From positions 27,466,001-27,530,000 of the forward strand of contig OX597824.1 of assembly GCA_951406725.2 (NCBI GenBank): DNA of 64,000 nucleotides, in the 5' to 3' direction. The stretch is from Octopus vulgaris (lineage: Eukaryota). Position 1 is the first letter of the stretch. Each line of letters begins with the position of its first letter. Below are positions 1-13,771 of the stretch, piece after piece. The notes under the pieces were generated by a model. It was given only the letters and a program-made list of their open reading frames with translations. It ran no database searches and was not told where the DNA came from. A program made the position numbers and the translations under genes.

Positions 1-17
1 TAATAATAATAATAATT

Positions 18-56
<39 letters not shown>

Positions 57-608
57 ATCGGGAGGTGAGGAGGAGAAAAAATTCCACAATTTCGTTACAT
101 TTCTACGTTCAAACTGTTTCAATCTCTGTTCCTCATGGCTTTAGCACAGCATGTGTGGGAAGCAACAGTGAAGACATTTGTAGTAGTAGTAGCAGTAGTA
201 GTAGTAGTAGGTTTTGGTAGAAGTGGCCTTTTATAATTGCCATTATTTCTGCGAACGCTTTTCGTTACTTTCACCACCAATCACACCGTTGCCACCACCA
301 ATACAAATGATAGAATTTTCACTGGTGTTTTGTGTTGTTGGCGTTGACGATAATGCCAATCTTCACTGTGGATTATCCTTGTTGCTATTATCCTTCCCAT
401 GGTTCTCGTTGCTTCTCAAATAGTTTTTTCCTCGAAATCCACCTCATTATCTGTGTAATGTTACTTTTTAATTTCTTTTTTTTTTGCTTTTACAAAGAAT
501 GTGTTGGTGCCATTAATTAATTATATTATTTAATTCTTCACTCCATCTTATCTCACCCACATGCATCACCGTCTCTCACCCTCTTTCTCTCTCTCTCTTT
601 TTCTTTTT

Positions 609-639
<31 letters not shown>

Positions 640-1637
640 CTCTCTTTCCCTCTCTCTCTTTTCTCTATCTTTTTTTCCTCTCTAATAAACATGCATTGTC
701 TTTTATACAAACATTCCGCCTCACGGTTAAGTATCTATTTTCTTTCTTCCTTTCTCCCCCTCCACATTTCTCTCTCTCCCTCTCTCCTACACTCCCTCTC
801 TCTCTCTCCACCCCTCTCTCTCATTCTTTCCAATTTCTGGTTCATTTCTTGTATTCATTCTCAGTGAAGCACTACACACACTACCAACACCATCTTATTA
901 ATATCATTAATTATTTGATCGTAGTTTTCATCATGAACATCATCACCAACATCATCACTGTCGTCATTGGGGGTCATTATCCTCCTCCTCCTCCTCATCA
1001 TCATCATCATCATAATTATTATTATTATTATCATTATTATTATTATTATTATTACATTTAGATTTCGCTTCAATTTATACAAGCTGCATTCAAATCTTAA
1101 CCAAAGACGTCAACAGACATGTTTTTGCATTTAAAAGATGCTGACAGATGAGGTAGCCACCAGCTGAAAGAATCGATGTCTGAATGTGAATAGCAAATGT
1201 CCCTTAATAAAATATATAATAATACCGTAATAATAAGATTATATTAACATAAAAACGCAATTTACGTAAAATATGTGAGGTACCCACAATTTACTTATTT
1301 TGTGGATGCCAAGAATTTAGTCCAGATATCTGTTCGCTTCATTTGATATCATTCCAAGTGTTCCAATAACAGTAGTTAATGTTGCTTTGAGATGCTACAT
1401 TGGGGTGATAACCGTTTCCGAGTCGATGTATTTGAATGATTTTTTTACATGTTTTCAGTAATATGTTTTCGTTAGTCGGGGTTGCAACATTCATTGAAAG
1501 ATATTTTTTCGACATTAGTTTCCAGAAAGATATCTGGACAGTTTGCCTCATATACATGTATTTATACATATGTATGTGTGTGTGTATGTATGTATGTATG
1601 TATGTATGTATGTATGTATGTATATATTTATATATAT

Positions 1638-1691
<54 letters not shown>

Positions 1692-1780
1692 ATTTTAACC
1701 TTTAAAGGTATTTTAATATGCTGCCACTTTTTTGATGAAATTTTTATCTGTAAAAAATGTTCATCCTATATTATTATTAT

Positions 1781-1852
<72 letters not shown>

Positions 1853-1856
<4 letters not shown>

Positions 1857-2162
1857 GCTATCGCCAAGGTAACATGGCAGTCCAGGAAACTAGGACGAAT
1901 GCCGCCGTTGATTAGCTCTAAGACGCCATCGACTCTAGTTAGCTATGTGAAACACAAACCCCGAAACCAGTGGATATATTCTACTGAATATAGGTAAAGA
2001 AACCTTCCAACAGACGGTCGGCAGCGGCACCTGTTGGGTTCGGGCTACTCTACATTGATAAGGAGCAAATACCCCGAAACTAGTCTGTGGTTGTTGAATC
2101 AGCAAGGGGAAGCTTCTGACATCCCCTGTTCGAAGGTTATAATGGACAAAGTTTTGTGTTGG

Positions 2163-2165
<3 letters not shown>
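1853..2165 (+). mobile_element. Short PLE pLTR-like element carrying a hammerhead-like motif, flanked by (TA)n
   Basis: Unique 310-bp island between two (TA)n tracts; contains cuaca-UUGAUAA-GGAG..CCCC-GAAAC-ua-GUC-ugugg. Confidence 0.5.
2050..2090 (+). ncRNA. Minimal type I hammerhead ribozyme-like motif (U3/A8 variant)
   Basis: Stem I cuaca/ugugg; core UUGAUAA with C3-G8 replaced by U3-A8; stem II GGAG/CCCC with one mismatch; GAAAC; palindromic stem III ACUAGU; GUC cleavage triplet. Confidence 0.55.
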
Positions 2166-2253
<88 letters not shown>

Positions 2254-2413
2254 GTATGTATGTATGTATACATATGTAAATATATATCTGTATTTCTGGG
2301 TACATACATAAAATGACATATTCACGTATACAAACATGCATATATACATATATATCTATATCTATTTATCTATCTATCTATCTCTTCATACACACACACA
2401 CATACATATATAT

Positions 2414-2596
2414 CCGAGTAAGCACATAAATGTGAAACAAGGGGTCAAAAAATAGTACTCGAATACCGAAGATAGAGTAATATACTTTATTAATAAAACT
2501 GCAAAAACATCACACTGTTACTCAGATGAATTGAAACGTGAAACTCTGAGTAATAGTTTTTTCTGATGTTTTGCAGCTTTATTAATAAAGTGTATA
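2414..2596. mobile_element. Fold-back mini-element with hammerhead remnant
   Basis: Inverted arms 2481-2526 and 2545-2596; centre CAGAUGA..GAAAC-UCUGA-GUA; extra tail 2414-2480; flanked by TA-rich repeats. Confidence 0.5.
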
Positions 2597-3302
2597 CATA
2601 TATATGTATATATATGCGTTTATTCTCAAGATATATGCATATAAATATGTATAATATGTATATGTATCCGTATGTGTTTGCCCTTTCTTAGCTAGATGCA
2701 CTTTTATACATGCAATACATAAATAAGATGAGTATTTGTTGCGTGCCTAGTTATAGAGCAATTTCTGAGATGTCTTCTTGCCTCGGTGACTATTATTCAA
2801 AAATTATATTTTCTCTCACACATTGATATCATTTCCTCATATTAAGTGAGATTTCGCTTTTGTGGAATCAAGTAGATAATTTCGTCAACCAGCAGAGTCT
2901 ATTATTTATGTCTTAGGTAACAAAAATACGATCTTAGCAGTGCTTTCATTATTTGAGTGAAAGCGACGCGTTTCACCACTATCAAACATCGGCCATTGAA
3001 ATAGTATGAAAATCAATGCAAATTAGGGCGGCTGAGAGCGAGGACGAAATGATCGAACGAGGGAAGACTATTGAATATTTCTGCTACACCTCCTGTCTGT
3101 GTTTTGCTAGTTATTCTTAAATTGGTTTTCCCTATCAACTGTCAGTGAGTTGCATTTAGAATGATTACCAAATACACGATATATGACTATAACTATCAAC
3201 CATATGCTATCTATTCCGGAACTAAATTTTTATGGATAACAAAATACATATTACATTAAGCTTATGTATGTATGTATATATGTATGTATATATGTATGTA
3301 TG

Positions 3303-3336
<34 letters not shown>

Positions 3337-3412
3337 TGTATGTATGTATGTATGTATGTATGTATGGATGGATGTATGTGCATATATATATATATATATA
3401 TATGCATATATG

Positions 3413-3457
<45 letters not shown>

Positions 3458-4280
3458 GAGAGAGAATGAAAGGCACACACGTACATACTCACATGTATAG
3501 GTACATATCTAAACATTGCTTCATGTATATGAGTATATATAAAAATAAGTGTGTGTATACATATATATATATTCACGTATAGGTGCGCTAGATGTATATG
3601 TGAGTATATATATATAAATATATATATGTGTGTGTGAGTGTGTGTTTGTGAGTGCGTATGTATACGCCTATACATATAGAAGTACATATTTACATATTAG
3701 TCTATGTATATGTGTGTATAAATATACATATATATGTGCATACATTTATGCATATTTATGAGTACGCATATCAGTTTCTCTGAGGGTGTCTGTAGTAGAG
3801 TGTGTGTGCGTATGTGCTTGTGCTGTGTGTTTGGTGATTGTTCGCTGTGCGTGCGTGAGTATATGTTTGTGTGTGTGTGTGTGCGTCTGTAGTGTTGTAT
3901 GTGTCCTCTGCGTTTGTGTCATGTGGGGGGTTCTTGTGTTAGTGTGTGTGTTATTCTTTTTGCGACTTCGTATTATGTCTTCTTCGTGATAAATTATAAC
4001 AAGGGTGCACAAAAAAATGAAGATGTAAAACCATAAAAACAGCAAAAAAAAAAACCCCAGAAAAAACCCCAGCAAAAAAAAAAAATATACAGTAAATTCA
4101 ACTAGAAAACAAGAATGAAAAGAAGGAGGAAAATATATATAAATGACAACTGAAAGAAATGAATCTACGAAGTACAAAATGAAAGTATGGAGTGAGGGGT
4201 TGGTGTGGGGGAGGGGAAACTCACGGATAAAGCGAATAATATAATTTTACCTCAGCCTAGCATTTTTATAGAAAACTAAA

Positions 4281-4336
4281 ACCATCATCATCACCATCAT
4301 GATCATTATCATCATCATCATCATCATCCCCACCAC

Positions 4337-4371
<35 letters not shown>

Positions 4372-4866
4372 CCATTATCATCCTTATTATTTTCATCATC
4401 TTATCTTCATCATCATCACCAACAACGTCATCGTCATCGACATCAATATAATCTTCATCGTTTACCTCCTCCTCCTTCTCTTCCTCCTCTACCTCCTTTA
4501 CTCGTCTCCTTCCTCTTCCTCCTCCTATAACTTCACTTCTTCCCCTTTCACCTTCTCTACCTCTTCTTCTTTCGCTTTTCCTCTTTCTCTTCCTTTTCCT
4601 TTTCCTCTTCTTCCATCTCCTCTTTATCCTCTTCCTCCTCTTTCACCTTCTCTCCATCCACTTCCACCTTCTCTTCCTCCTGTCCCTCTGTCATCATTTT
4701 CCTCCAAGTCCACCTCTCTTCTTCCACTTCCACCTCTCCTCCTCCATTTCTACCTCTCCTCCTCTACTTCCACCACTTCTTCTTTTTCTTCTTCCTCTTT
4801 TCCTCTTTTTTCTCTTCCTCCTCCACTTCTTCCTTCCTACCCTCCTCCTAATCCTCATCATCATCA
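4281..4866. repeat. Degenerate (CAT)n followed by (CCT/CTT)n polypyrimidine low-complexity tract
   Basis: Directly visible. Confidence 0.85.
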
Positions 4867-4982
4867 ATGCCATTATTTTGGGGGAGTATATTCATGTCGG
4901 GTGTGCCATACGCCGTATGTGGATTGAGATATATAAGATGTGAATCGGAGGTGTAGGGTGTGTGAAGATATGGACTAGAGAC

Positions 4983-5013
<31 letters not shown>

Positions 5014-5694
5014 CTGAGAGAGAGAGAGAGAAAGAAAGAGAGAGAGAAAGAAAGAGAGAGAGAGAAAGAAACAGAGAGAAAAAATAAGGAAAAGCGAAAA
5101 TAGTTTTCGTGTCGTGAAATAAATTCAGAAGAAACAAAAAGAAGGAAAAAATATTTTCTCCACAATACAATACAACCAAGGACTGTTGGGGCTTTCTATA
5201 TATTCCATCGATTTGCAAGAGTCTTCAGGCTAGCAAACCAATATATAGATATCAAAAAAAAAAAAATAATAATAATAATAATAAACAGCAGAAAGAACCA
5301 ATACCTTTACCAAACAAAATATATAAATATATAAAATGCTTTGCACTTAGACAATAGCGTTTCTTGAAGCAGTCAGAACTAAAGCGATCATTCTCTAAGA
5401 CAAAATGGTAATGGTGAAGAATTATGGTATGTATTATGGCAGAAACCAATGTAGATGGAGAAATACTGTTATTGATTGTGTCAAAAATAATATGTTAGCA
5501 ACAATTGCGCCGTTGTTCTTGTTTAACATTGGGTCAATCAGAGTTGATGGAGTAGTGTTTATAATTAAATCTGTTCTAGGCATGACTTATCCAGCCCAGC
5601 ATTTTTGTCGGTTATAGTCGATATGGAAGTATTATTATGCAATATATACCGACGTTTATGTTATATGTTTAAGGTGGAAGTCGAGATAGATTTG

Positions 5695-5935
5695 CTCGCT
5701 TCGATCATTAGACTGCAGCCATTCTGGGGCACCGCCTTGAAGATATTCTCTTTTTAACATTAGTCGAATGTATCGACATTGCTATTTATTTTTTCTTCTC
5801 AGCTTGGAACTTATTTTATCGGTCTTCCTTGTGGAACAGCTGGGTTACAGGAGCGTTGACTAACCGGTACCAGTTGTCAAATAGAGAAGGGAGACAAATA
5901 GAGACACGAATACACCAACACACACGCAAATACAC
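5695..5935 (-). mobile_element. Family-A SINE, degenerate 3' half
   Basis: gactgcagccattctggggcaccgcc...acttattttatcggtc matches the 3' half of the copies at 8601 and 56125. Confidence 0.65.
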
Positions 5936-5955
5936 ACATACACATTTATGTAAAT

Positions 5956-6107
<152 letters not shown>

Positions 6108-6114
6108 TATATTC

Positions 6115-6810
6115 CGTAATGAGATAAAGACCAAAGCTGTGTAGATTTTAGAACATTTATAGATAGAAGGTATTAGAGCGGTTTCTAGGATATTTATTAT
6201 ATCCCTTCATCGGAGACGGTGTGAGAAGATGGTTAAGCAATAGTTAATTTAGATAAGAGGAAAAAGAGAGTGAGGTGGAGGAATGAAAATAGATGTGAGA
6301 TATGAAGGGATATTGTATTTGTAGATCCATTATTTAGGCAGAATGGTATACATATAAGATTCCAATACCTTATGAGTAAAATCCAATAGTATTTAGAATT
6401 GGTCATTCCAAGTATAGAGTTTATACACAGTGGTATTGAATCAAGGGTTTTATTTAAAGTGACCTAAAAGTAGGGAATGTATTAGTAAGGTCAAATCGAA
6501 AACAGGAAGAGAGGAAAAAAGAAAGAGAAGAAAGAAAAATAAGAAAAATAATAAAATAAAAAAAATAAAAAAGAATAAAAGACAGAAAGAGAGGAATAAA
6601 GAAAAAAGAGAAAGGAAAAACAAGAAAGAGAAAGTAAGGTAAAGTGTACCAGTTAGTGGTCAGTCGAGATAATTTGAAAGTAGGAATGGGGAGATAAGGG
6701 TGGTAGAGAGAGAAAGGTATTTGAGTGTAAAAAGACAGAAGGAATGGGGGTTGATAGAGAGATAGTTATAAAAATTAAAGGAGTGTCAATTGTGATGGGG
6801 CGGAAAAGGG
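6115..6810 (-). mobile_element. PLE pLTR-like repeat (homolog of 10435-10770) with degenerate hammerhead at 6170-6217
   Basis: About 310 bp of clear similarity to 10441-10760; minus strand gucu-CCGAUGA-A-GGGAUAU..AUAUCCU-a-GAAAC. The extent beyond ~6440 is uncertain. Confidence 0.6.
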
Positions 6811-7034
6811 GTAGAAACGTTAACACGCCGGGCGAAATGCGTAGCCGTATTTCGTCTGTCGCTACGTTCTGAGTTCAAATTCCGCCGAGGTCGACTTTGC
6901 CTTTCATCCTTTCGGGGTCGATTAAATAAGTACAAGTTATGCACTGGGATTGATATAATCGATTTATCCGTTTGTCTGTCCTTGTTTGTTCCCTCTCTGT
7001 TTAGCCCCTTGTGGGTAGTAAAGAAATAGGTATT
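6811..7034 (+). mobile_element. Family-B tRNA-derived SINE
   Basis: agaaacgttaacacgccgggcgaaatgcg..gagttcaaattccgcc (B-box)..gcctttcatcctttcggggtcg; many copies in the window. Confidence 0.85.
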
Positions 7035-7189
7035 AGTATGGAATGAAGAATATAGGAATTTTGGTGGTTGGACAGGTCAGTGTTTTGTAGTAGAGGAACA
7101 TATATATGTGAAGATGCATACACATGTATATATTATACAAGTACATATTTTTATACAGATGTTTATACCTATCAATATCTATATATACA

Positions 7190-7392
7190 AAGTTAATCCA
7201 AACATGAAAACACCAAGAGAAAACACAACAACGCGAGGACGTGGAACAAATATAGTATTATTGGACGCTCAGGAAGGAAGGGAAGAAAGAAGGTTTTACG
7301 TTTCGAGCAGAGCTCTTCGTCAGAAACATAGGAAAAGGATAGATCCAGAGAAGGGAAGACGGAGGAAAAACATCGCCAACGGTTCACACGCC
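7190..7392 (-). mobile_element. Hammerhead-bearing ~200-bp element (retrozyme/PLE pLTR-like), same family as 42645-43121
   Basis: Near-identical reverse complement of 42910-43120. Confidence 0.8.
7293..7327 (-). ncRNA. Minimal type I hammerhead ribozyme
   Basis: Minus strand GUUU-CUGACGA-A-GAGC-ucu-GCUC-GAAAC-GUA-AAAC: full catalytic core, stems I and II, and a loop-less palindromic stem III (ACGU). Confidence 0.8.
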
Positions 7393-7445
7393 TTACTCGT
7401 ATGCTGTTCCTCGTCCTCCCTCTACTACTACTATTACTGCTGCTG

Positions 7446-7509
<64 letters not shown>

Positions 7510-7999
7510 CACCACCACAACCACCACCTTGAACTAGCTAAATACAGAATAGTGAAAAGTTTTTTCAGAGAGCTGGTCGGCTTAATGGCACATTTATATA
7601 AACATATGAGTAAAATGGTCTTTTCTGGTAAAAAAAAAAGCCTATTTTAAACTAGGCCAGTTTTAAACTCCTTGCCATTTGAACTGAAATAGCAAGAACA
7701 CCAACAACAACAGCAAGAACAAGAATAACCACAACAAAAGCAACAACAACGAGATCAATAACAACAGCAACAACAGTAATAATAATAATAATGATAATCC
7801 TTTCTGCTAGAGGTACACGGCCTGAAATTGGGTGGGGGTGGGGTTTAGAGTTAGAAAGGGATCACATCAACCCCAGTACTTGACTGGTACTTAATTTATC
7901 GACTCCGAAAAACAATAGCAACAACGACAACAACAACAACAACAACAATAACAGTTTTGAATATATATGCGAAATGTGAATTTTTTCCCCTCGTCCTCA

Positions 8000-8161
8000 C
8001 CAACACCAATACCATCACGACCATCTTCATCATCGTTATCATCAACGTCGTCATCATCATCATCATCATCATCGTCGTCGTCATCGTCGTCGTAGTCGTC
8101 GTCGTCGTCATCATCATCATCATCATCATCGTCGTCGTCGTCGTCGTCGTCGTAGTCGTCG

Positions 8162-8211
<50 letters not shown>

Positions 8212-8398
8212 GTCGTCGTCGTCGTCGTCGTCATCATCAACGTCATCATCATCATCATCATCATCATCGTCGTCGTCGTCGTCGTCGTAGTCATCGTCAT
8301 CATCATCATCAACGTCATCAACATCATCATCATCATCATCATCATCGTCGTCGTCGTAGTCGTCGTCGTCGTCGTCGTCGTCATCGTCATCGTCATCG

Positions 8399-8440
<42 letters not shown>

Positions 8441-8442
8441 AC
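8000..8442. repeat. Mosaic (ATC)n/(GTC)n in-phase triplet array
   Basis: Directly visible. Confidence 0.95.
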
Positions 8443-8600
8443 ATTCGTAGTGAGGACATTTTGACGACACTGAAACTTGTTTTACATAAAAAATCGACTT
8501 AAACTGGATTATAAACCAACTCGATAATAACGGGAATTAAATTGGACACACAAAATTAAGCATCGCCAGTAATTACTGCGTTATATTAAAAAAAAAAAAA

Positions 8601-9013
8601 CTCTTTTACTCTTTTACTTTTACTTGTTTCAGTCATTTGACTGCGGCCATGCTGGAGCACCGCCTTTAATCGAGCAACTCGACCCCGGGACTTATTCTTT
8701 TTGTAAGCCCAGTACTTATTCTATCGGTCTATTTTGCCGAACCTCTAAGTAACGGGGACATAAACACACCAGCATCGGTTGTCAAGCGATGCTAGGGGGA
8801 CACACAAACACACACAAACACACACACAAACACACACATATATATATATATACATATATACGACGGGCTTCTTTCAGTTTCCGTCTACCAAATCCACTCA
8901 CAAGACTTTGGTCGGCCCGAGGCTATAGTAGAAGACACTTGCCCAAGGTGCCACGCAGTGGGACTGAACCCGGAACCATGTGGTTGGTAAAACAAGCTAC
9001 TTACCACACAACC
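8601..9013 (-). mobile_element. Family-A tRNA-derived SINE with internal (CA)/(TA) microsatellite
   Basis: Minus strand tRNA-like head (ggttcagtccc B-box), ccttgggcaagtgtc CORE-like motif, and (aaaagagt)n tail. Confidence 0.9.
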
Positions 9014-9250
9014 ATCCATAACATTCAGTAACAGGAACATTGACAACAACCTCATCAGTGGTGGTTACACCATAAGCTATCAATAATGTACTGAAAAGAA
9101 AAACAAAGTAAAGCGGGGGTTTTCTTATCATGCTTCGGAATATAGAAAAAAACACACACACACAAAATGCTTGGAGACATTCTCTCCTACACTGTAGAGG
9201 GAATTAATCTGCGAAAGAAAATCACATAAACCGAGATATCATATTTTACA

Positions 9251-9271
9251 GCCGCCATCTTTGTGACGTCA
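9251..9271. promoter_or_regulatory. Adjacent YY1 (GCCGCCATCTT) and CRE (TGACGTCA) motifs in unique sequence
   Basis: Exact consensus matches 1-2 bp apart; no TSS evidence. Confidence 0.3.
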
Positions 9272-10159
9272 TTGTGATATCATTCGTCAAATATAAGGCT
9301 AAGTTAAGCGTTGTTTTAAATTGAAAGCCTTTCACACAAGGCAAGCTAATGAGACGGCAATTTCCGTTCTGTTAGCGCTGCCTGCTTGTTGAGGAAATGA
9401 AAGTTCCTTTTAAAATGGGGGTCTCTTGGTCCCTTTTCTCTTTAGTTGAGAGATATTACATTTTACAGTCGCCTTTACTTCGTTTTCTTACATTTATTTG
9501 ATAATTTGTTTTGTTTTTTTTTCGTTTATTTTTCGTTTATATTTATGTTTCTCTTCATTCCTTTTCCCTCATTCTTTCTGTCAATTTTCTCCCTTCAGTT
9601 TTTATATGTTCCTTCTTCACATATTTGAAAGCAACCTCATCGCCCTCCTCCAGCCCCACCTTTTCCTCTTCCCCCTATCATCATGATCATGATCATGATC
9701 ATGATCATCATCATCTCCACTAATATGATTTTTCTCCTCGTCCTCCATGTCAACACCAACATCAAGACCATCTTCATCATCGTTATCATCAACATTATCA
9801 TCATCATCATCAGCAGCAGCAGCAGCATCATCATGACCATCGATTTCTTGTGTTTCGATATTTTCGAAACACACACACACGCACACTTACACTCACACAC
9901 ACGCACATTTCCATTCACACGTTCACACACACACATACACACACACAAACGCCGGCATTTTGCGCCCTTTACTCCTAGAATCATCAATCGTCCGACTTAT
10001 CACGTCCTTCTGAGTTACATGTCGGTATAGACAAAGAGATGGCTGTGTGGGTAAGAAGCTCGTTTTGCAGCTACGTAGTGTTGGGTTCTCTCCTTGTCAG
10101 CGGAAACTTGATTTGGTATAACCCCTTGCCGACCAGTGCCGTGCCTGAAAATTTGGTAA

Positions 10160-10208
<49 letters not shown>

Positions 10209-10434
10209 AAAAGTAAAAAATATATACAAACTGGGACAAGAACGTGAAACACCTAGAAGACGACACAAGTACCACAGGACGCCAAAGAGGTAATGGTGTC
10301 ATTGAGACCCAAAGGTGTCAGGTAATGTTGAATAAGTGCTATAGACAGACCATAGTTAAGTTCCATGTTCGGTAATTTTGCGAATAAGGGGTTCAACGTT
10401 GGTCATGTGTCAGCGTGTGTATATAAGTATCTTT

Positions 10435-10764
10435 TGCGCAATGAGATAAAAGACCAACGCTGTGTAAATATTAGAACATCTATAGATAGGTCTTACGTCT
10501 GTTTCCAGGATATTTATTAATTATATCCCTTCATCAGAGACGGTGTGAGAGGATGGTTAAGTAATAATTAGTTTAGATAGGATACAAAATAGGAAGTGGG
10601 GTGGAGGAAAGAAAATAGATGTAAGATATGTAAGGATATTAAAGTTGTAGGTCCATTTCTTAGGCAGAATGGTATATATGTAAGGTTCCAATACCTTATG
10701 AGTAAAATCCAACAGAATTTAAAATGGGTCCTTCCAAATATAGAGTTTATACACAATGTAAGAT

Positions 10765-10770
<6 letters not shown>
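10435..10770 (-). mobile_element. PLE pLTR-like repeat with intact hammerhead
   Basis: Homologous to 6115-6440; abuts (TA)n at 10769. Confidence 0.65.
10490..10541 (-). ncRNA. Type I hammerhead ribozyme
   Basis: Minus strand GUCU-CUGAUGA-A-GGGAUAU-loop-AUAUCCU-g-GAAAC-agac-GUA-AGAC. Confidence 0.75.
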
Positions 10771-10808
<38 letters not shown>

Positions 10809-10810
<2 letters not shown>

Positions 10811-10988
10811 CGTCATCTTCAACCTAAACTTCAAAAATGGGTGCCTCATGAATTGTTCGAAAGCAACCGCAAATCCCGAGATGACATCTGCTCTTCTATC
10901 CATTCTCGCGAACTCATTTCACCCTTTTGGATAGACTTGTGACTGGTGAAGAAAAAGGGATCTATCGAAATGTTAAACGTTGTAAACA
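10809..10988 (+). mobile_element. Internal fragment of the mariner transposase gene
   Basis: Encodes KWVPHELFESNRKSRDDI; closely matches 57060-57240. Confidence 0.85.
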
Positions 10989-10997
10989 TATGTATAC

Positions 10998-11033
<36 letters not shown>

Positions 11034-11769
11034 ATATATGCATATTATAAATTATATATATCTACGTATACCGTATTTGATGCTATAGGACGTAGCCTAG
11101 CCCAGGCAATACTTTTGTAAAATAATTTATCACTAAAATAATGTTTTAATTCCTCCACTCACCTGTATAACTTTGTTATTACCGGTAATTTTAAACAATT
11201 TCGATATAAACATACCGTAGGCGATGGATCACCAATAGATGTTCACCAATAGATGGCAGCTCATGTTTTATAAACATACATACTGTAGGCGAGTTTTGAG
11301 CATAAACTGAGTGCATTGGTCGCAAGGAATTTTTGAAGTTGCGACGCCGTCGGATTGTCCAAGTTGTCACGCCGTCGGATTGAGCTCGGAGCCATGTGTC
11401 TGGGAAACAACTTCCTTACCACACAGCTACACATTTATGTATGATATAAACTTGTATATTTTTGTGAGAATAGCTGTGCCAGTTATAAAACGAACAGCAT
11501 ACGGAATGAAGCACTGATGTAAAAAATCTTATGGCTTGCATAATCTTACTTAAATTCTTCACCAGGTGAACAATAATCTAATATTTGTTATATTAGATAT
11601 ACCTGGAGATATAAAAGCTACATATATAGTGTATAAATTATAGATATGTTCCTGACATTTAGGAAGCCATTAAAATGAATTAATATTAATGTAATATAAT
11701 AGAAAATGTCTTATGCAAGAATATAATATTTACATATGGATACGTGCATATATATGTGTAGTGTATATG

Positions 11770-13121
<1,352 letters not shown>

Positions 13122-13639
13122 AAGCATACAGGCATGCCAAATCCATGAGAGTTTTATTAACCGCACGTCACAGTAACACCATATACACGGTTCAAACATA
13201 TATATTCCTGTGCTGTTAGATATGACGTGTGTTGGTATCTGTATTACGCTTAGTACTGAATATCATCGTGCTCCGCAGCTTTGATAGTCTACTCCGGAGA
13301 GTGAAGTTATTTGGTAATGGTTCTCATTGGTGTATCCGGGACAGTCGTCGATAATTTTTGTTACCCATAGATGAATTGCAGTGTCTGATATTACTGAATC
13401 ATTCCTGCTAGAGGAACCCACTTTAATCTGAAAGTTGTGCACAAAAGACCGCGCAAAATTTATCTCAATTTCTAAATCCTTGTGTTGTGCACGTGTAGTA
13501 AAAATAACTACATATTATTTCCTTGCTTTTGTTTGAAGAGAATATTAGACAAAATATTAAGTCTTGACAAATACCCCATGCACCCCTGTTTATAGACACA
13601 CATGAGCAGATCATGCATACACACACACACACATACATA

Positions 13640-13771
13640 TACATATAGCAACGTTTCCTACAAGTTTCATGAAATACCGTTCACAATCTTTTGGGTTATT
13701 TCGCACACAGACGGATAGACGGACAAACCAACGCCGATGAAAACATAACTTCTTTCCTTGGCGGAGGTAAC
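13640..13771 (-). mobile_element. Helentron/HINE (DINE-1-like) non-autonomous element, 5' part
   Basis: Minus strand ttacctccgccaagg..gttatgttttcatcggcgttggtttgtccgtctatccgtctgtgtg; same termini as the 37-kb elements. Confidence 0.55.

Noticed and set aside
7896-8502. Long poly-Met/Thr and poly-Ile/Val ORFs
   Set aside because: ATC/GTC microsatellite.
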